From Pseudogymnoascus verrucosus (lineage: Eukaryota), in assembly GCA_001662655.1 (NCBI GenBank), contig KV460225.1: a DNA stretch of 64,000 nt; one strand, given 5' to 3'. The notes below the pieces were generated by a model. The model did no database searches. It saw nothing but the letters and a program-made list of their open reading frames with translations, and had not been told where the DNA came from. The position numbers and the translations under genes were made by a program. This document shows positions 49,201 to 63,686 of this stretch, in pieces (positions within the stretch are counted from its first letter, which is position 1; each line of letters opens with the position of its first letter).

Positions 49201-49910
49201 TTCGGAACCGTGGGCGCAGTAGTCTCCGTTGAGGTAACCGTTCTCGAGAATGGCTGAGAGAGCTGCTGCACCTTATCTAGGTCTATATTGTAATGGTTTG
49301 CAAGGAGAGTCGCATTTGTCTGTCGATGGGAACTTGCGATTCTACGGAAAGTAGCCTGGTAGCGCTGCGCCAGCTGGGTGCCGATCTGGAGTGTCGCGGC
49401 CAGTAATGACAGAGATGTGCTGTTGAGAAGATCGCTCAAGTGAGTGCTGCTCGAATATATGCTTCTATTACCGCAATTCTCGAGTAATATCCTAGAGAAA
49501 TGCAGGATTCGCTCTATGACTTCTCTATCGCCCTCCGGGCCAAACCCAGCCTCGGAAATCTGCTCATCTGTCGCGCCACCCTTTTGCAGGAGTTCGCATC
49601 CAAAATCTTTAACCTGAGGACCATTGTTGAGTGCATAGGTTGCGCAGAAGGTTTCGAGATCGCTGTCGAATCTATTAAGAAGAGGGATCCAGTGGTAGAG
49701 ATCACCTCTGGGAAAAGGCCATCGGGTTGGGAAGTCGGCAAGGGCTTGTGGGAGGGTATGCCATGGTGCTGTCGATGCGTTCTGCACAAACGATTGGATA
49801 TACGGCGACTAATGGAATGTCAGCTCATCTTGGGTTGGATTTCAATAGCATATAGAACGTACCAGCGTCTCCTTGTGCTTTGGTTGTATGGTCTTCAGTA
49901 TCTTGACCAT
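37203..49910 (-). CDS. TOM1: HECT E3 ubiquitin ligase Tom1/HUWE1, multi-exon
   Basis: WPFPRGDLYHWIPLLNRFD, acidic linker, LDALPEELREEV UBM-like repeats, HECT domain (GEEGVDAGGVTREWF, LPTSHTCFN), terminal YFGFA*. Confidence 0.96.
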
Positions 49911-52481
49911 GGTGTTGACTGCTGCGGTAATACCGCAATTTGGGATATTGTTGTCCCCCTACACTGCCTCCACATTGGTCCAAGCTGGAGACAGCTTTGC
50001 TGATATTCGAGGAGCGTCCAGGTCGGACAGCTCCAAGGGACGAGTGAAGTGGCAAGGGTGTAACGTTCAAGTTGTCGAGTCGGATGGTATTCGACGGCGG
50101 CGTCGGGTATCTAGAAATTAGTATAGGAAGGGAATGTATTACCTGATCAAACTCAGGTGAATCTACAGCACCCTGCAGGTGCTCAGATCGGAGTGGTTTG
50201 GTGTTGATCGTGCTGTGGCTTCAGCAAACGGCAGTGTTGGTTTATCGTAAGTGGAAGCTGGTATCCTTGCCAGGTTGCGAAAGAGAGGTGGAGAACTCCT
50301 CTCGTAACTTGATCAAGGATCTTCGATGGATGAGGTTGTAGGTAAGGAGGGTAGATCAAGACAGAGAAGTCCGGAGCTGTAGTGAGAGAGGTGAGTTTGT
50401 AGAAATTCGATGTGAAGATATGAGGCAGGGCGGGTAGAAAGGTGAGGTATTCCAAGCTCACCCACCGGGAGCCGCTAGTTTTTTGGAGACGGCGGCAGCG
50501 CGCGTGTCGCTAGAGCAGTGAATTTGCAACCCCACGCTTATCGTAAATCGTATTTTCAGTTTATTTTGTTCTTTTACCTCTAGAGTCCGCCGATCTGCAC
50601 GTCACTTTTTTCGTCTAGAAAATATGGTAGATGGCAAAATAAATTAATTCATATTACAGTGAATGCATTTGGTATTCTGGGTTACAGCTCGAAATGGGTA
50701 GTTTTTTTCCTTTTTTCATCCAACTCTGCCTGGATTATAGGTTCCGGTGCTACCCAATGCCGCTGTCTGTTTGACGGGTCATGCATCTGTAGGCCAAATC
50801 AAGGACCCTTCGGGTGACCACGTCATGCTGCCCTTCACGAGTTTGATGGGCAAGGTGTGGGATTGGGAGTTGGACAATATATTATTGCGATGGATGCCGT
50901 GTAGCATGTGCTTCTTGATGGTTCTATGGTTATCCAGACCAGTTGTCTTAAATTCAGGGTTCTCGGGATGTATATATATAAAAAATGGCCTGTTATATTA
51001 TTTTATCACCTTCACGTATAAAAATGAAATAATAGAAAATAAAATAGTAAATGCGACCCAAAAAACCCAGCTATCATATTTAAAATAAAACAAATATTCA
51101 CAAATCATAATATATCAAGAGGATATAATCCAATCCAATAAGACGATCTAAAGGGTATATATCACCTTTTTTGTTATCTCAGATACCATAGACCCTGACC
51201 TCAGGCGTGGTTTCAGCATCACAATCAGTACAATCAGCACAACAGATATCACGTGACACGGAGTGCTAACCAGCAGGTGGTAGTTGTAATTATCATATTT
51301 GATGCACCATATGAGTTATAACTGGACGTACTGCTTTATAACTTTCTTACAAATTACCTGTACCAGTACCATTCCCTCCTCGCTGAGTAAAAAGATATTC
51401 CCTTATGAGTCCGATGAATCTGACGAGTTCCATCCCATCCTCTCCCCGCTCAGGCCAGCTGAAACGCGAAACATCTGTGGACCACCAAGTGGCGCCCGCG
51501 TCAGTGTTTCGCGTTACAAGTTGATTAGCCAGAAATAACAACGCGCACGGCTGAAATACCACCGTGGCTTCCCGGGTATTACTTTAGTGGCTTAACCGTC
51601 GTCGAGTCTCAGACTTCCAGAGACGCATCATTGGAGATTGGATGTCGCCGTGCAGATGATTGTGTACAAACGGTATTCGGCGTACAGGGGCATTATCGAG
51701 GTACAAACAGTATTATGCTAATCATATAGAGAGATATTAATGGATTTTCTTCATGGATGGGGGCTGAAGGAGGGGTTCATTAGAGACGGTTACTCAGTAC
51801 AGTCGTCTGTTCTGTTTGTACGTATGGTATATAGTACGAGAATAGTAGAGCGTTTATAGTCTCTCTATACTCACTCTCTCTGTTCTCATAAACCCTACGT
51901 ATAATACTCACACCGCATGAATAATAACTGTGGCCTTATTCACTGCATTAATCGAATTGATTCAATTTCAATAGCCCTGCAAAACTGGAGAAACTCCCCA
52001 ATCCGTCCCCTTGTTCTGCAGATCCAGAATTAAGATTGCCAAGATCGCGAGACCTCCATCAATTCGCTCCTGAACCAGACCACAGCTCCAAATATTTCGG
52101 CGACCATAATAGATACCAAAACGGAAACGGAGCCACAGCACAGGGCAAACGGCGGCAAATCGGGCCACATTATATAAAGAAAGATCGCCTTCCGAGGGGG
52201 AACCAGGAACCAAAAAACCCACTCGAGATCGACACTGGGAAACAGCGACCCAGGCACCCAGAAGCCACCGTTTCTCCGTCTCCCTACATACGCACCTCCA
52301 ACTTTACTTGCTGTCGTGCACACCTGTGATAATCTGCAGCCAGCAACCGACAGACAGACGTCAGAGAGGGGCATTCTGCTGTTCACCATTGATGGCCGCG
52401 AATAGCACCTGAACTCTCCAGGATAACGACAAGGTCGGGCCAGAAGCACAGGAACAAACCATATACCACCCGACATCTACA

Positions 52482-55281
52482 ATGTCAACACCAGAAGGAG
52501 ACGGCGATACGCGCCCTGAGCCGGTGGTCAAGAATACACAGCCTGAATCTGACGACTCGGGCCACGAAACTGTAAGACACGAAAGACAAAGAATTGCTGA
52601 TCTGGACAGTTGGCTAACTGTGATACTATCAGGACACTTTCGAAGACGCCGACACCACACCCATTGATCACAACCAGGCTCTGTCCCCAACAACTTCAAC
52701 ACGCTCTTTAACGAATTCCCACACGGCTCATCAAAATGGAGGCTCTGAGGCCCCAGTGGTACCTCCTCTAGAGGCGCACCCGGAAGACGACGTATCACCT
52801 ACAAGCAGCCAACCAAGATCTCCCGCAGCTGTCACCGAACGCCTCTCAACCTTAAGCCTAGACAACGTGAGCTTGGACGGAGAGGAGATTGCCGCAGCAG
52901 CCGCATCGACCGACAAAGGTATGGCTTTCAGACTCGAGCCCCTAGTAGCTGTTAATTGGAGCTGTTGCTAATCATATTGGACGTACAGCAGAAACCACTA
53001 AGCCCGAATTACCCCCACGAACCTCCGCAAAGGCTGTCTTCGAGGGCCTCCAAGGCTCACTGCCATCAGTACCGTGGGGACCACCTCCGCCACCACCTCC
53101 AGCAAAGGACAAGCCACAAACTGTTGTTCCCCCACCACGAAAGCTCACAGGACCATTTTCCTGGTTGTCGAGAGGTTCGGCACCACCACCACCCACTGTG
53201 CCAAGAGTACCATCTCCTGGGAACGGCTCTGGAGGCCGCCGAAACACGACCTCTTCGATAGCTACGAATAATAGCAACCCAGACCTCATGCTCAATAAAC
53301 TGGATGAGGGGAACGAGTCGCCAAATGGCATTAGGAACTCATCGAGGAATAGCCTACGGGATAGATTCAAGCTTCTGAGGATGAGAGAAGAGGCAGGCAT
53401 TACTTCGTTGGGCGAGGAAGGCGAAGAGGGGACACCGATTGAGACTATGATTGGGCGTGTGAGCCTTGGTCAAGGACTCACCAGCCCAACGGGTTCGGAG
53501 GACAAAGCTCTACCAGCAACCCCGAATGCGGCGGCTTTCAACCCTTCATTAGCACCAGGAACTGCGGCGGGCGTTACATCTGGACCACCTGCCAACGAAG
53601 AAGTTGACTGGGATTTGTGGCAGTCAGTGGTCTACGAGGGCCCAGCAGCAGTAGCGAGGACAAGCCCCGAAGAGTTGAACCAGGCGATCGCCCTCGGTAT
53701 CCCGTCTGCGATCCGAGGAGTTGTGTGGCAAGTCTTGGCCCAGAGCAAGAACGACGAACTGGAATCGGTGTATAGAGACCTGCTCTCGCGTGGAACGGAC
53801 CAGGATAAGGATAGGGCGAGCATTTCTAGCGCAGGAGCGAGCAATACCTTCTCGAACGGTGGAAAAGACAAGGATACCGCGTCATCGGCGTCATCGGTGC
53901 ACTCTGATCTGTCGGGAAGCGGATTGAAGTCACCATCGCCAACTGAGAGGGACCCAGAGAATATCGCAAAGGCGCAGGCTGCTGCTTTGGCCGAGAAGAA
54001 AAAGAAGGCCAAGGACGATGCGGCGTCGTTGCTGAAGCTGGAGAAGGCCATCAAGCGCGATCTGGGCGCGAGGACAAGCTTCTCAAAGTTCGCAGTCAGC
54101 GCAGGCCTACAAGACGGACTATTCGGAGTATGCAAAGCATACGCCCTCTTCGACGAAGGCGTCGGCTACGCCCAAGGCATGAACTTCCTCGCCATGCCCC
54201 TCCTCTTCAACCTCCCTGAAGAAGAAGCCTTCTGCCTCCTCGTGCGCCTCATGAACCAATACCGCCTCCGCGACCTCTTCATCCAAGACATGCCCGGCCT
54301 GCACAGCCACCTCTACCAGTTCGAGCGTCTCCTCGAAGACCTCGAGCCCGCGCTCTACTGCCACCTCCACCGCAAGGGCGTCACCCCGCACCTCTACGCT
54401 ACGCAGTGGTTCCTCACTCTCTTCGCATACCGATTCCCCCTCCAGCTAGTCCTGCGCATCTACGATCTCATCCTCAGCGAGGGGCTGGCTGCGATTTTGA
54501 AATTCGGGATCGTACTCATGCAGAAGAACGCTGCTACCCTCCTGGGCATGAACGACATGGTCGCCCTAACCAACTTCCTCAAAGACCGCCTCTTCGACGT
54601 CTACATCGACGCCTCCCCCTCCCCCGGCTCGATCCTCGAATCGGGCTTCTTCGGCTCCTCCGGCGCCAGCATCGACAAAGAAGTCTATCGCGCCGATACC
54701 CTCGTCCTCGACGCCTGCGCCGTCAAAATCACCCCCGAGATGCTGAAGACCTACACCAGTGAATGGGAGGAGAAAACCCGCGCTGAAAAAGAGCGCGAAG
54801 CAGAGCTGGAACTCCTCCGCTCCACTAACGCCTCCTTATCCCTCAGTGTCCGCCGTCTCGAAGAGCGCGTTCAGAATCATGATCAAGAGCACGCTGCTCT
54901 CGCTACGGATCTCGTCCGCACGAAGGTCGAGAATGAGGAATTGCTGGACCAGAATGAGAGTCTGAAGGGGCAGGTGGAGGAGCTCAGGGGGGTGGTAGAG
55001 AGGCAGCCTGCTGAGGTGGAGGAGCGCCTGAAGATGGAGATGGACAGGTTGATGAAGAGGAATTTGGAGGTGCATGAGGAGAATACGAGACTCGAGGAGG
55101 AGATGGGGGAGATGGAGGGGACGTTGGTGGAGACGAAGATGGCGTTTGCTGAGGTGAGTTGTTTTTTCCCCTTTCCTGCCCCCTTACGCTGTTTTTCGAA
55201 TGCTAATATACGGGACAGCTTAACGCACAACACGAGACCCTGCAGCGGCGCTGGACAGATCTCAGGAAGGCGCTGGATTAA
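52482..55281 (+). CDS. GYP5: TBC-domain Rab GTPase-activating protein (Gyp5-like) with C-terminal coiled coil, multi-exon
   Basis: GIPSAIRGVVWQ, IKRDLGART, GYAQGMNF, YATQWFLTLF. Last exon LNAQHETLQRRWTDLRKALD*. Confidence 0.88.
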
Positions 55282-55604
55282 CCCCCTCCCTGCCTCTGAT
55301 ACTTTAAGAATGCGGGTTGGCCAGGCCACTTGATGTGATGCTCCTGCTTATGAAGAAAAATTATCACGCTGCGTTGCGTTGCATTGCGCTGCGCTGCATT
55401 TCGGATGGGGGGCGTTTTTTTTTGTTGTGTGTCTTCGTTGGACTTCTTCTTCTATGATGCATCCGAGGGGCGGGATTGCATTTTTTTTTGTATGAAGTAC
55501 TATGCGTTTGTGTAGGAGTGATTGTATATAGGTTAGGGCTGGAGAGTGATATGAGGGAGTGGTGAGGGAGTGGAGGGGGCTGGAGAACAGCATGGTATAT
55601 TCGG

Positions 55605-55652
55605 GGATGGATGGGTGGGTGGATGGATGGATTGACTGGGTGGGGATGGATG
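55605..55652. repeat. (GGAT)n-like microsatellite
   Basis: ggatggatgggtgggtggatggatgg... Confidence 0.6.
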
Positions 55653-56713
55653 AGAGGGGGAGGGAGGAATAGCTGACTATACTATATGGATGTAGCTCCG
55701 ATGCTTGGACTGGGCTTTGGGGTTTTGATAGCTTTGGTGGGGGTGGGGTGTGGTGGGGAAGGTAGCGGAGAGAGGAAAGTGGGGTAGGGGGGGTGGAGAG
55801 GAATGGAATGTGATATATGAGAATTATTGAGCGGGGGGTTTGGGTGATGCTGAGATGCTAAGGGGAAAGAATTAAAGTCAAATCAGACCCAGATTATATA
55901 AGAGCCCGGGCAGAGCATCCGCTGTGAGGATCATCATGTCAATCAGAACTACCCACGCACCTCCACTCACTTATAAATGTTGACGTTTGTCCATATACAA
56001 GTTTCCGAAACGTAGCTCTGCCCACCAAAGAAACGCCTACGACCAAAATTGATCGAGTCAGTCAATGCTCTCTTTCGAGGAAACGCCATGGATGCGTTCA
56101 GATACCCGCAGAATGTTTTTGAAAACGTGTCTGCTGTCACCAGCTATTCTTGTCACCATCTTGGTATTCCCAATACGCTATACTATTGCCACTGGTTATA
56201 TTATTACTACCGCTCGCTGTCCTTGTTCTCACCTGTCTGCCGCTGCCGTCACTATAATAACATTTGTATGCTTGAGGCCAGCGAAAGCGCAGAGCGTGGA
56301 ACGGGCGAAAGGGAGTTGATGCTGTAGCGGTTATCCCGCAAACTATTCTGACCGAATTGCTCTCTGTTTCTTTGACAAAATCTAAGCTTGTTATCCATTC
56401 TAAGTAATTAAGTTATTACTGTACTTGAATCTTAGATCTTAATTGAATCTCACATGAATCCCTGTGGTATAATTATCCCTGGCCAGCCTTGTGATTAGAG
56501 TTATGCCGAGGCGTCCAAGGCTGAGCCTTGGAATTCCACGTTGATTGGCTGTACTGTAACATCCAACAGTCTAGATTCCAAATTTGTACTTGGTACACAC
56601 AAAACGGCCCGCCCCTTCTCTTCCTACCAAACCTCAACAAGACCACACAACAACTCCGAATTGGGAAGAGAGGAAGTCATAAAAGTGAAGTTTAGAGAAG
56701 AGAAACAGTCAAG

Positions 56714-57841
56714 ATGGCGTCTTCCATGACTTTGAGGGTCACCACGCCCGGTACGTCCCCTCCCCCTTATGCTCTCATGCTCTTTGAGAACTACAATTTT
56801 GTTGAGGTGCATGTGAACTGAACTGACCTCATACGCAGCGGGCAAAAAGCCAATCCGCAAGCTCCCCTCCAACATTGAAATCGGCGCTGGCACGACCGTC
56901 GAGGAGGCCAAGAGGATCATCGCGCGCCACACTGGCATGCGCGACTACCACCGCATCGCCATCGTGGACACCACCACCAAGAGCATCATCAAGGACCGCC
57001 TGAGCATCCTGGCCCAGAACCCCGGCGTGCAAGCCACCGGCGACATCGCCGTCAAGGACCTTGGTATGCCCCTCCCCCTCCTTTCCCTTCTTCCCGTCCT
57101 ATTGCCCACAGCGACTAACGACACCCAGGCCCCCAAGTCTCCTGGCGCACCGTCTACGTCGTCGAATACGCCGGTCCCATCTTCCTCTCCCTCCTCCTCG
57201 CCTACCCCCTCCGCGCCTATATCTACCCCACCGCCCTCTTCGGCCCCGCCACGCCCTTCTCAACCGTCCAGACCATCTCCCTCGCCCTAATCGTGCTTCA
57301 CTTCATCAAGCGCGAGCTCGAGACCGTCTTCCTCCACCGCTTCTCCGCCGCCACCATGCCAGCCTCCTACATCCTCAGGAACTTGGCCTACTACTGGCTC
57401 TCCATGCTAAACATCGCGTACTGGGTTTTCGCCCCCAACGCCGCTGCTGCTGCACCACTGGAGGAGGGGAGGGATACCTACATCCTCGCTGCTGGACTGG
57501 CGGTATACCTCTTCGGCGAGCTGGCCAACTTCAACACCCACGTCATCCTAGCGAACCTGCGACCCAAGGGGACCACCAAGCGCGGCATCCCCAAGGGGTT
57601 CGGCTTCGGCATCGTCGCGTGCCCGAACTACCTCTTTGAGCTCGTCTCGTGGATCGGTGTGCTCCTTGTGACGCGCAGTTTCGCGACGGGTGGGTTCTGC
57701 GTCGTGGCGTGGTTGTGGATGCAGAGGTGGGCGGTAGGGAGGGAGAAGAGGTATCGGAAGGAGTTTGGGGCCGCGTATAAGCCGCATTTGTATCCGATGA
57801 CGCCGGGGTGGGCGTTGCCGATTAGGAAGGCGAAGGAGTGA
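56714..57841 (+). CDS. TSC13: Very-long-chain enoyl-CoA reductase (steroid 5-alpha-reductase family), 3 exons
   Basis: VKDL|GPQVSWRTVYVVEYAGP, HFIKRELETVFLHRFS.ATMP, CPNYLFE. Confidence 0.92.
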
Positions 57842-58245
57842 GTGTGTGAAGTGTTGGTGGGGTGGTGTGTATTAGTAGTGAGGGGTGGGTGGGTGGTTAG
57901 AAAGGAAAAATGGAATGAGGGCTGAGAGGGAGCTGGCTACTGGGGAAGGGAAGTGTGCGTGGGTGGTATATTGATAAGAAAATAATGAGGAGATGAGTTA
58001 GATGGGCTATAGGCTCTAGATTGCATGGGCATTGCAGGTTTATGGGAAAGGTTATTGCTTCGGTCATATGGCAACAAGATCATTGCATTGTTTTTGCTTA
58101 AAAGGAGTAGCGCAGAATTGAGTCTCGATTGAAAGTACAGATTTTTCTATACACCGATGCCACTCCACTGAACACCACACGAAAGGCCGTCGAAAGCCAT
58201 AAAATGCAGTAATCTACTTTTGACGCCAAACTACTGTTGTTATAA

Positions 58246-59732
58246 TCAGTTATCCCCCGCAGCAACAACCCCCATAACCTTATCCAGCACCGCAAACCCC
58301 TCCTCAATCTCCGCCTCCGAAATCGTCAACGGCGGCACAAACCTCAACGTATTCGTCCCCGCCGTAATAACCAACAACCCCCTCTCCCTCGCCGCCGCCA
58401 CAATCGGCGTCGGATCGCGATCAAGCTGCAGCCCCAGGAGCAATCCCTTCCCCCTAATCTCCCCCACAAGCTTCGGGTACTTCTCCTGCAACTTCTTCAT
58501 ATGCCCCACAAACAGCGCCGACTTCGCCGCAACAGCGGACTGCAACTCCGGCTGGGAGAGTCGAGACACAATATGATGCGCCAACCTCGACGCCAACGGG
58601 TTTCCACCAAACGTCGTCCCATGATCCCCCACCGCGATCTTCTCCGCCACAGCCCCCGTAACCAGCGTCGCACCAACAGGGAACCCATTCCCAAGCGCCT
58701 TCGCCGTCGTCAGAATATCCGGGTGCGCCTCAGTTGGCAAATCGCTGTGAGCCCACAGCGTGCCCGTGCGGGAGAGTCCGCACTGGATCTCGTCGTAGAT
58801 AAGCACCGCGCCAACCTCCTTACAACGCTTCGCAAGCGCGACCAGGAACTCGGGGGTGGCGACGTGCACACCGCCCTCGCCCTGGATCGGCTCCACGATC
58901 ACACCAGCAGTGTTGGGCGTCACGAGCTCGGCAATACCAGCGACATCGTTGTATGTCCCGTAGCGGAAACCGGGCAGCATAGGCGCGAAGGGGGCTTGGT
59001 ACTTTGGATTCGGGGTAGCGGAGAGGGAACCCATCGTCCTGCCGTGGAAGGAGTTATTGAACGACACAATCTCATGCTTCGCCCCGCTCGGATCCGCAAC
59101 CTTCCCCGCCTTGCGCGCAAACTTAATAGCCGCCTCATTAGCCTCCGACCCAGAATTACAAACAAACACCGCCTCCACGCCCTCCATACTCCCCGACTCG
59201 CGCGTCTTCTGCACCAGCAGCGCCGACAGCGCGCCCGTCCAGGGGTTATGATACAAGTTCGACGTATGCATCAGCGTCTTGGCCTGCGAGTAGATGAGCT
59301 CGCTGATCTCCGGGTCGCAGTGGCCCAGGGCGTTGACGGCGATCCCGGCGGTGAAGTCGAGGTATTTCCTGTTCTCGAGGTCGTAGAGGTAGGATCCTTG
59401 GCCTTTGACGAACATGGGGCCGGGGCGCGCGTAGGTCTTCACCATGTACGGGGCTTGCTCGTTCACGACGGTTGTGGTGGCTGAGTCGGCGGCTGGGTCC
59501 GGGTTCGGGAGGTGCGCAGCTTTCTGGGGGTTTTTGTTAGAATGATAAAAGTAGAGACAGATAGAGGTCATAAGATGGGACATACGAAGATTTCATTCTT
59601 CAATTGCTCCGGCAAATTCGAACCAGAAGCCCCAGCCGCGGCTTGTGACGCACAGCGCCGAGCCGGGGCATTGCTCATTTTCAGGCTTGCGGCCGCCGCC
59701 CTCCTCGCCGATAAACGCAGAGACATTGACAT
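58246..59732 (-). CDS. ARG8: Acetylornithine aminotransferase, mitochondrial
   Basis: Presequence MSMSLRLSARR, LDFTAGIAVNALGH, NSGSEANEAAIKFAR, FHGRTMG, EPIQGEGG, DEIQCG, AKALGNG, HGTTFGGNPL. Confidence 0.95.
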
Positions 59733-60257
59733 TGGGACTATGGGCAATCGTGCTTAGGCAGAGCAATTGCAGGGAGATGTAAAGCTTGGTGGGGGGATTG
59801 AGAGTTTCGAGGCAGTCAACTTTGGGTTGTTGTGATGGGGATTGTGAAAGATGAGGTAATAAATGTTGCTCAAGGTCGACCCGAATATTTAACTTATCGA
59901 GAGATCCAATCGGTGACTCTTCGCAGACGCCAAGGACGAGGCTGAGTGAGTAACAACCCTGAGGGTGCGCTGTATTTCAGCCTTGTCATCGAATTTACAA
60001 CGCGCTTTATTTAAAAGTACCAATAACCACATGCAATAAATAATACTCATGCCAATATGTACCAATATATATCAATCAAACAATATCTAATTCCATATTG
60101 AATAATCTGGTATTTGCTCAATCATCTCAATCACCCGCCTACGATCAATACGCATTCACAAAACCATACACTAAACCGTCTATCATATGCGCAACCCCTC
60201 TTATCCTACTAACAAAGAGACACACAACACAACACGCTAAAGACCGTCACGACACGC

Positions 60258-62085
60258 TCAAGCATCAATCAGGTTCTCCTCCTGCTGACCCGCCTTCGCT
60301 GCATCCTCCGTGTTATCCCTCGTATCCTTCTGCCCCTGCCTCTTCTTCGTCTTGCGCTCCGACCTCTGGTAGAACTCCGCCAGGATCTTGGACGGGATAC
60401 GGTTCAGCAGCTCCTTGGGGTATATGCGAAGCAGACCCCACGCCTGGTCGAGGGACTCGTAGATAGTCCTCGATTCGTACGGCGACTGCGAGATGAAGGT
60501 GCGCTCGAACTTCTCCAGGAACTCGAGGGAGAGCTTGTCCTCGGACGACAGCGCCTCTTCACCAACGACGGCCTTCATGGCCATGGCGTCCTTGCCGATG
60601 GCGTACTTGGCGTACAGCTGGTTGGAGACATCGCCGTGATCCTTCCTTGTGTTGCCCTCGCCAATGGCAGACTTCATAAGACGGGAGAGAGATGGCAGGA
60701 CGTTGATCGGAGGGAAGACACCACGGTTGTAGAGCTGGCGATCGATGAAGATCTGGCCCTCGGTAATGTAACCAGTTAAATCGGGGATAGGATGAGTGAT
60801 ATCATCGTTAGGCATGGTGAGGATAGGAATCTGAGTGATCGAGCCGTTACGGCCCTGGACACGTCCGGCGCGCTCGTAGATCGTCGACAAATCAGTGTAC
60901 ATGTAACCCGGGTAACCACGACGACCTGGAACTTCCTCACGAGCTGCGGAAACCTCACGAAGAGCGTCACAGTATGCAGTGAGATCCGTCATGATAACCA
61001 AGACGTGCTTCTCGAGCTGGTAGGCGTAGTATTCAGCAGTTGTCAGGGCAAGACGAGGCGTAATGATACGCTCAATGGTAGGATCGTTGGCCAAGTTAAG
61101 GAAGAGAGTGACACGCTCCAAGCTGCCGTTCTCCTCGAAATCGCGGGTGAAGAAACGGGCAGTTTCCAAGTTGACACCCATAGCTGCGAAGACGATAGAG
61201 AAGTTCTCCTCGTGGCCATCGTGCACGCCCTTGTTTGTGACACCCTGCTTCTGGACCAGGCCAGCTTGTCGACAAATTTGAGCTGCGACTTCGTTGTGTG
61301 GGAGACCGGAAGCAGAGAAGATGGGGATCTTTTGGCCACGAGCGATCGAGTTCATCGTGTCAATGGCGGAAATACCCGTCGAGATCATCTCTTCAGGGTA
61401 GACCTGCAGATAAAACCGTCAGAATGGGACTGCGAAGGGTCCATGGAAAAGGCCACTTACACGAGAGTATGGGTTAATAGGACTTCCGTTGATGTCCAGG
61501 TACTCCTCAGCCAACACCTTCGGTCCCTTGTCGATAGCCCTTCCGGATCCATCAAAGATGCGACCAAGCATGTCCTCAGAAACACCCAGCTTCAAGCTCT
61601 GCCCCGTAAACTCGACTGTAGTCTTTGTGAAGTCAGCAAAGTGTCTCGATTATAGATAGAGAAGGGGCTAACAAACCTTCTTCACATCGATTCCCGTTGT
61701 GCCTTCGAACACCTATATCTGGGTCAATACTTCAGCCGATCCAAGCTCCAGACCTCCTTACCTGCACAACAGCTCTAGTTCCTATAACCAGTTAGCTCCA
61801 ACCCCATGAAATCCCTATTCTACATCGAAAATACGCACCTCTAGCCTCAAGGACCTGTCCCGACCTGACAGTCCCATCCGGAAGCCTCAAGTTGACAATC
61901 TCATTGTACTGCGGGAATTTGACCTAAAACACCACAACATCAGCCCCTCTATCCCCTCCACATCCAATTGATTGCAGCCCTACACTCTCGAGGATGACCA
62001 GAGGCCCGTTAACACCACCGATGGTATTGTACCTGATCCTGGGCGTAACGTTGTACGATGACGACTCGCGTGGATCGGTCGTCAT
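60258..62085 (-). CDS. VMA2: V-type ATPase subunit B, multi-exon, including a 20-nt exon (61762-61781)
   Basis: [64 protein letters not shown]. Confidence 0.97.
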
Positions 62086-62556
62086 GGTTGCGAAGTTTGG
62101 CGGAGATGGAGGAGGTGTGGGCTATATAGATGCTGTTCTTGCTGGAGGGGAGTTGTGTCGGGCTCCTGCACTACCAAGAGTGCGGCGTGGGTGAGGTGGT
62201 GGGAGGAGAGGGGAGTGAGAGCTTGGAAGTTGGAGCTCAACCCTTGGGGACGATAAGCTAGGTTGCTGGAACATGAGCGCCAAGAGTTACAGCCACGTCA
62301 CGTGATTTGATCGACGTGGGAGGTCTGGCGCAAGACTTGAGTGAGAATAATATGGGGATTTTGGAAAATAGAAGGAAATAATGGGTATATGCGGTATATA
62401 TGCGTAAAGGGTACACTGATGCTTAATCTTGAGCTGGTTCTTTAACTTGGCGCTGCACAATAGTGAGACTTGCATCCATACCACCCCCCAAACGCTTCAA
62501 AGACTTGACTGCTTTTTGATATTTATATTTACATCCAATGCCCAGCAGTACACCTC

Positions 62557-63686
62557 TCACGTAGCCAGCGTCCTCCTCCCCAGCACCGCCTTCCCCACAC
62601 TACTCGAATTCGGCTTCTCAATCTCCTTCGTAATCCACGCCCCAATATCCGCCACCGCATCCAAATCCACCCCCGTATCCATCCCCAAGCTCTCAAGGAA
62701 ATACACCATATCCTCCGTCGCCACATTCCCCGTCGCCCCCGGACTATACGGACACCCTCCCAACCCGCCCACACTGCTATCAAACGTCCTAATCCCGTGC
62801 TCCAGCGACACCGCCGTGTTAACAAGAGCTTGCCCAAATGTATCATGGAAATGCATCGCCATATCCTCATTCCTTATCCCCGCCGCCGTCATCGCGCGAA
62901 GCAGCTCTGCCGTCCGCGGCGCGGTACCCATTCCCGTCGTGTCGCCTAGGGCGATCTCATCAACACCCATCTCGAGGAGGTCCGTAGCCACCTCAGCGAC
63001 TTTATGGGGATCGACATCGTACCCTTCGAATGGGCAGCCGAGGACCGTGGAGATGTATCCGCGCACGCGGTAGCCGGCGTCTTTGGCGCCCTGGATGACG
63101 GGCTTGAACCGCTCGAGGGAGGTGGCGATGTCGCAGTTGAGGTTCTTCTGCGTGAAGGACTCGGTGGCGGCGGCGAAGACGGAGAATTCGATTTTGGGGG
63201 CGTCGGGGCGCGCGGTGTGGCCTGCGGCTTTGAGGACTGCCATGGCGGCTTCGAAGCCCTTGATGTTGGGGGCGAGGAAGGAGTAGTTTATGGGGTATTT
63301 GGAGTCGGGGGTTTCTTTGATTATGCTTTCGAGGATCTCGTTTGATGTTGCCATCTAATGGTTCAGTTTGTTAGCTGGAGCTTGCGGTAGGAGTTGACGT
63401 AGATGTGTGAACGCACCTGCGGAACCCATTTGGGAGATACGAAGGAACCAGCCTCAATATCCCTCAACCCCGTCTTTGCTAATCGCGATATGAGATCCAA
63501 TTTCGTATCTGTTGATATAGTCTTCTTCTCATTCTGCAGCCCATCTCTCGCTCCCACCTCCACAATCCTTACACGATTATTCCTCGGTGGCGGCGTCGGA
63601 TCAGCCGTCGTAGCAAAGGCAAACCCTCTCATTTGGCGCGCATTGAGTCGCCTCACGCATCTCACAGTTGGTCGTAGTAACGCCAT
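62557..63686 (-). CDS. Hydroxymethylglutaryl-CoA lyase, mitochondrial, 2 exons
   Basis: VEVGARDGLQNE, GSFVSPKWVPQ|MA, LGDTTG, HFHDTFG, GLGGCPYSPGATGNVATED. Intron ~63355-63416. Confidence 0.95.

Noticed and set aside
37409..50003. Many plus-strand ORFs opposite TOM1
   Set aside because: Antisense shadows of a GC-rich, codon-biased gene, with no motifs.
55900..56600. Possible small gene or ncRNA between GYP5 and TSC13
   Set aside because: No recognisable motif or convincing structure.
58501..59484. 327-aa plus-strand ORF
   Set aside because: Antisense to ARG8; Arg-rich shadow frame.
60792..61655. 287-aa plus-strand ORF
   Set aside because: Antisense to VMA2.
61762..61781. 20-nt micro-exon in VMA2
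   Set aside because: Short 5' exons are common in fungal V-ATPase genes; relevant to annotation but not novel.
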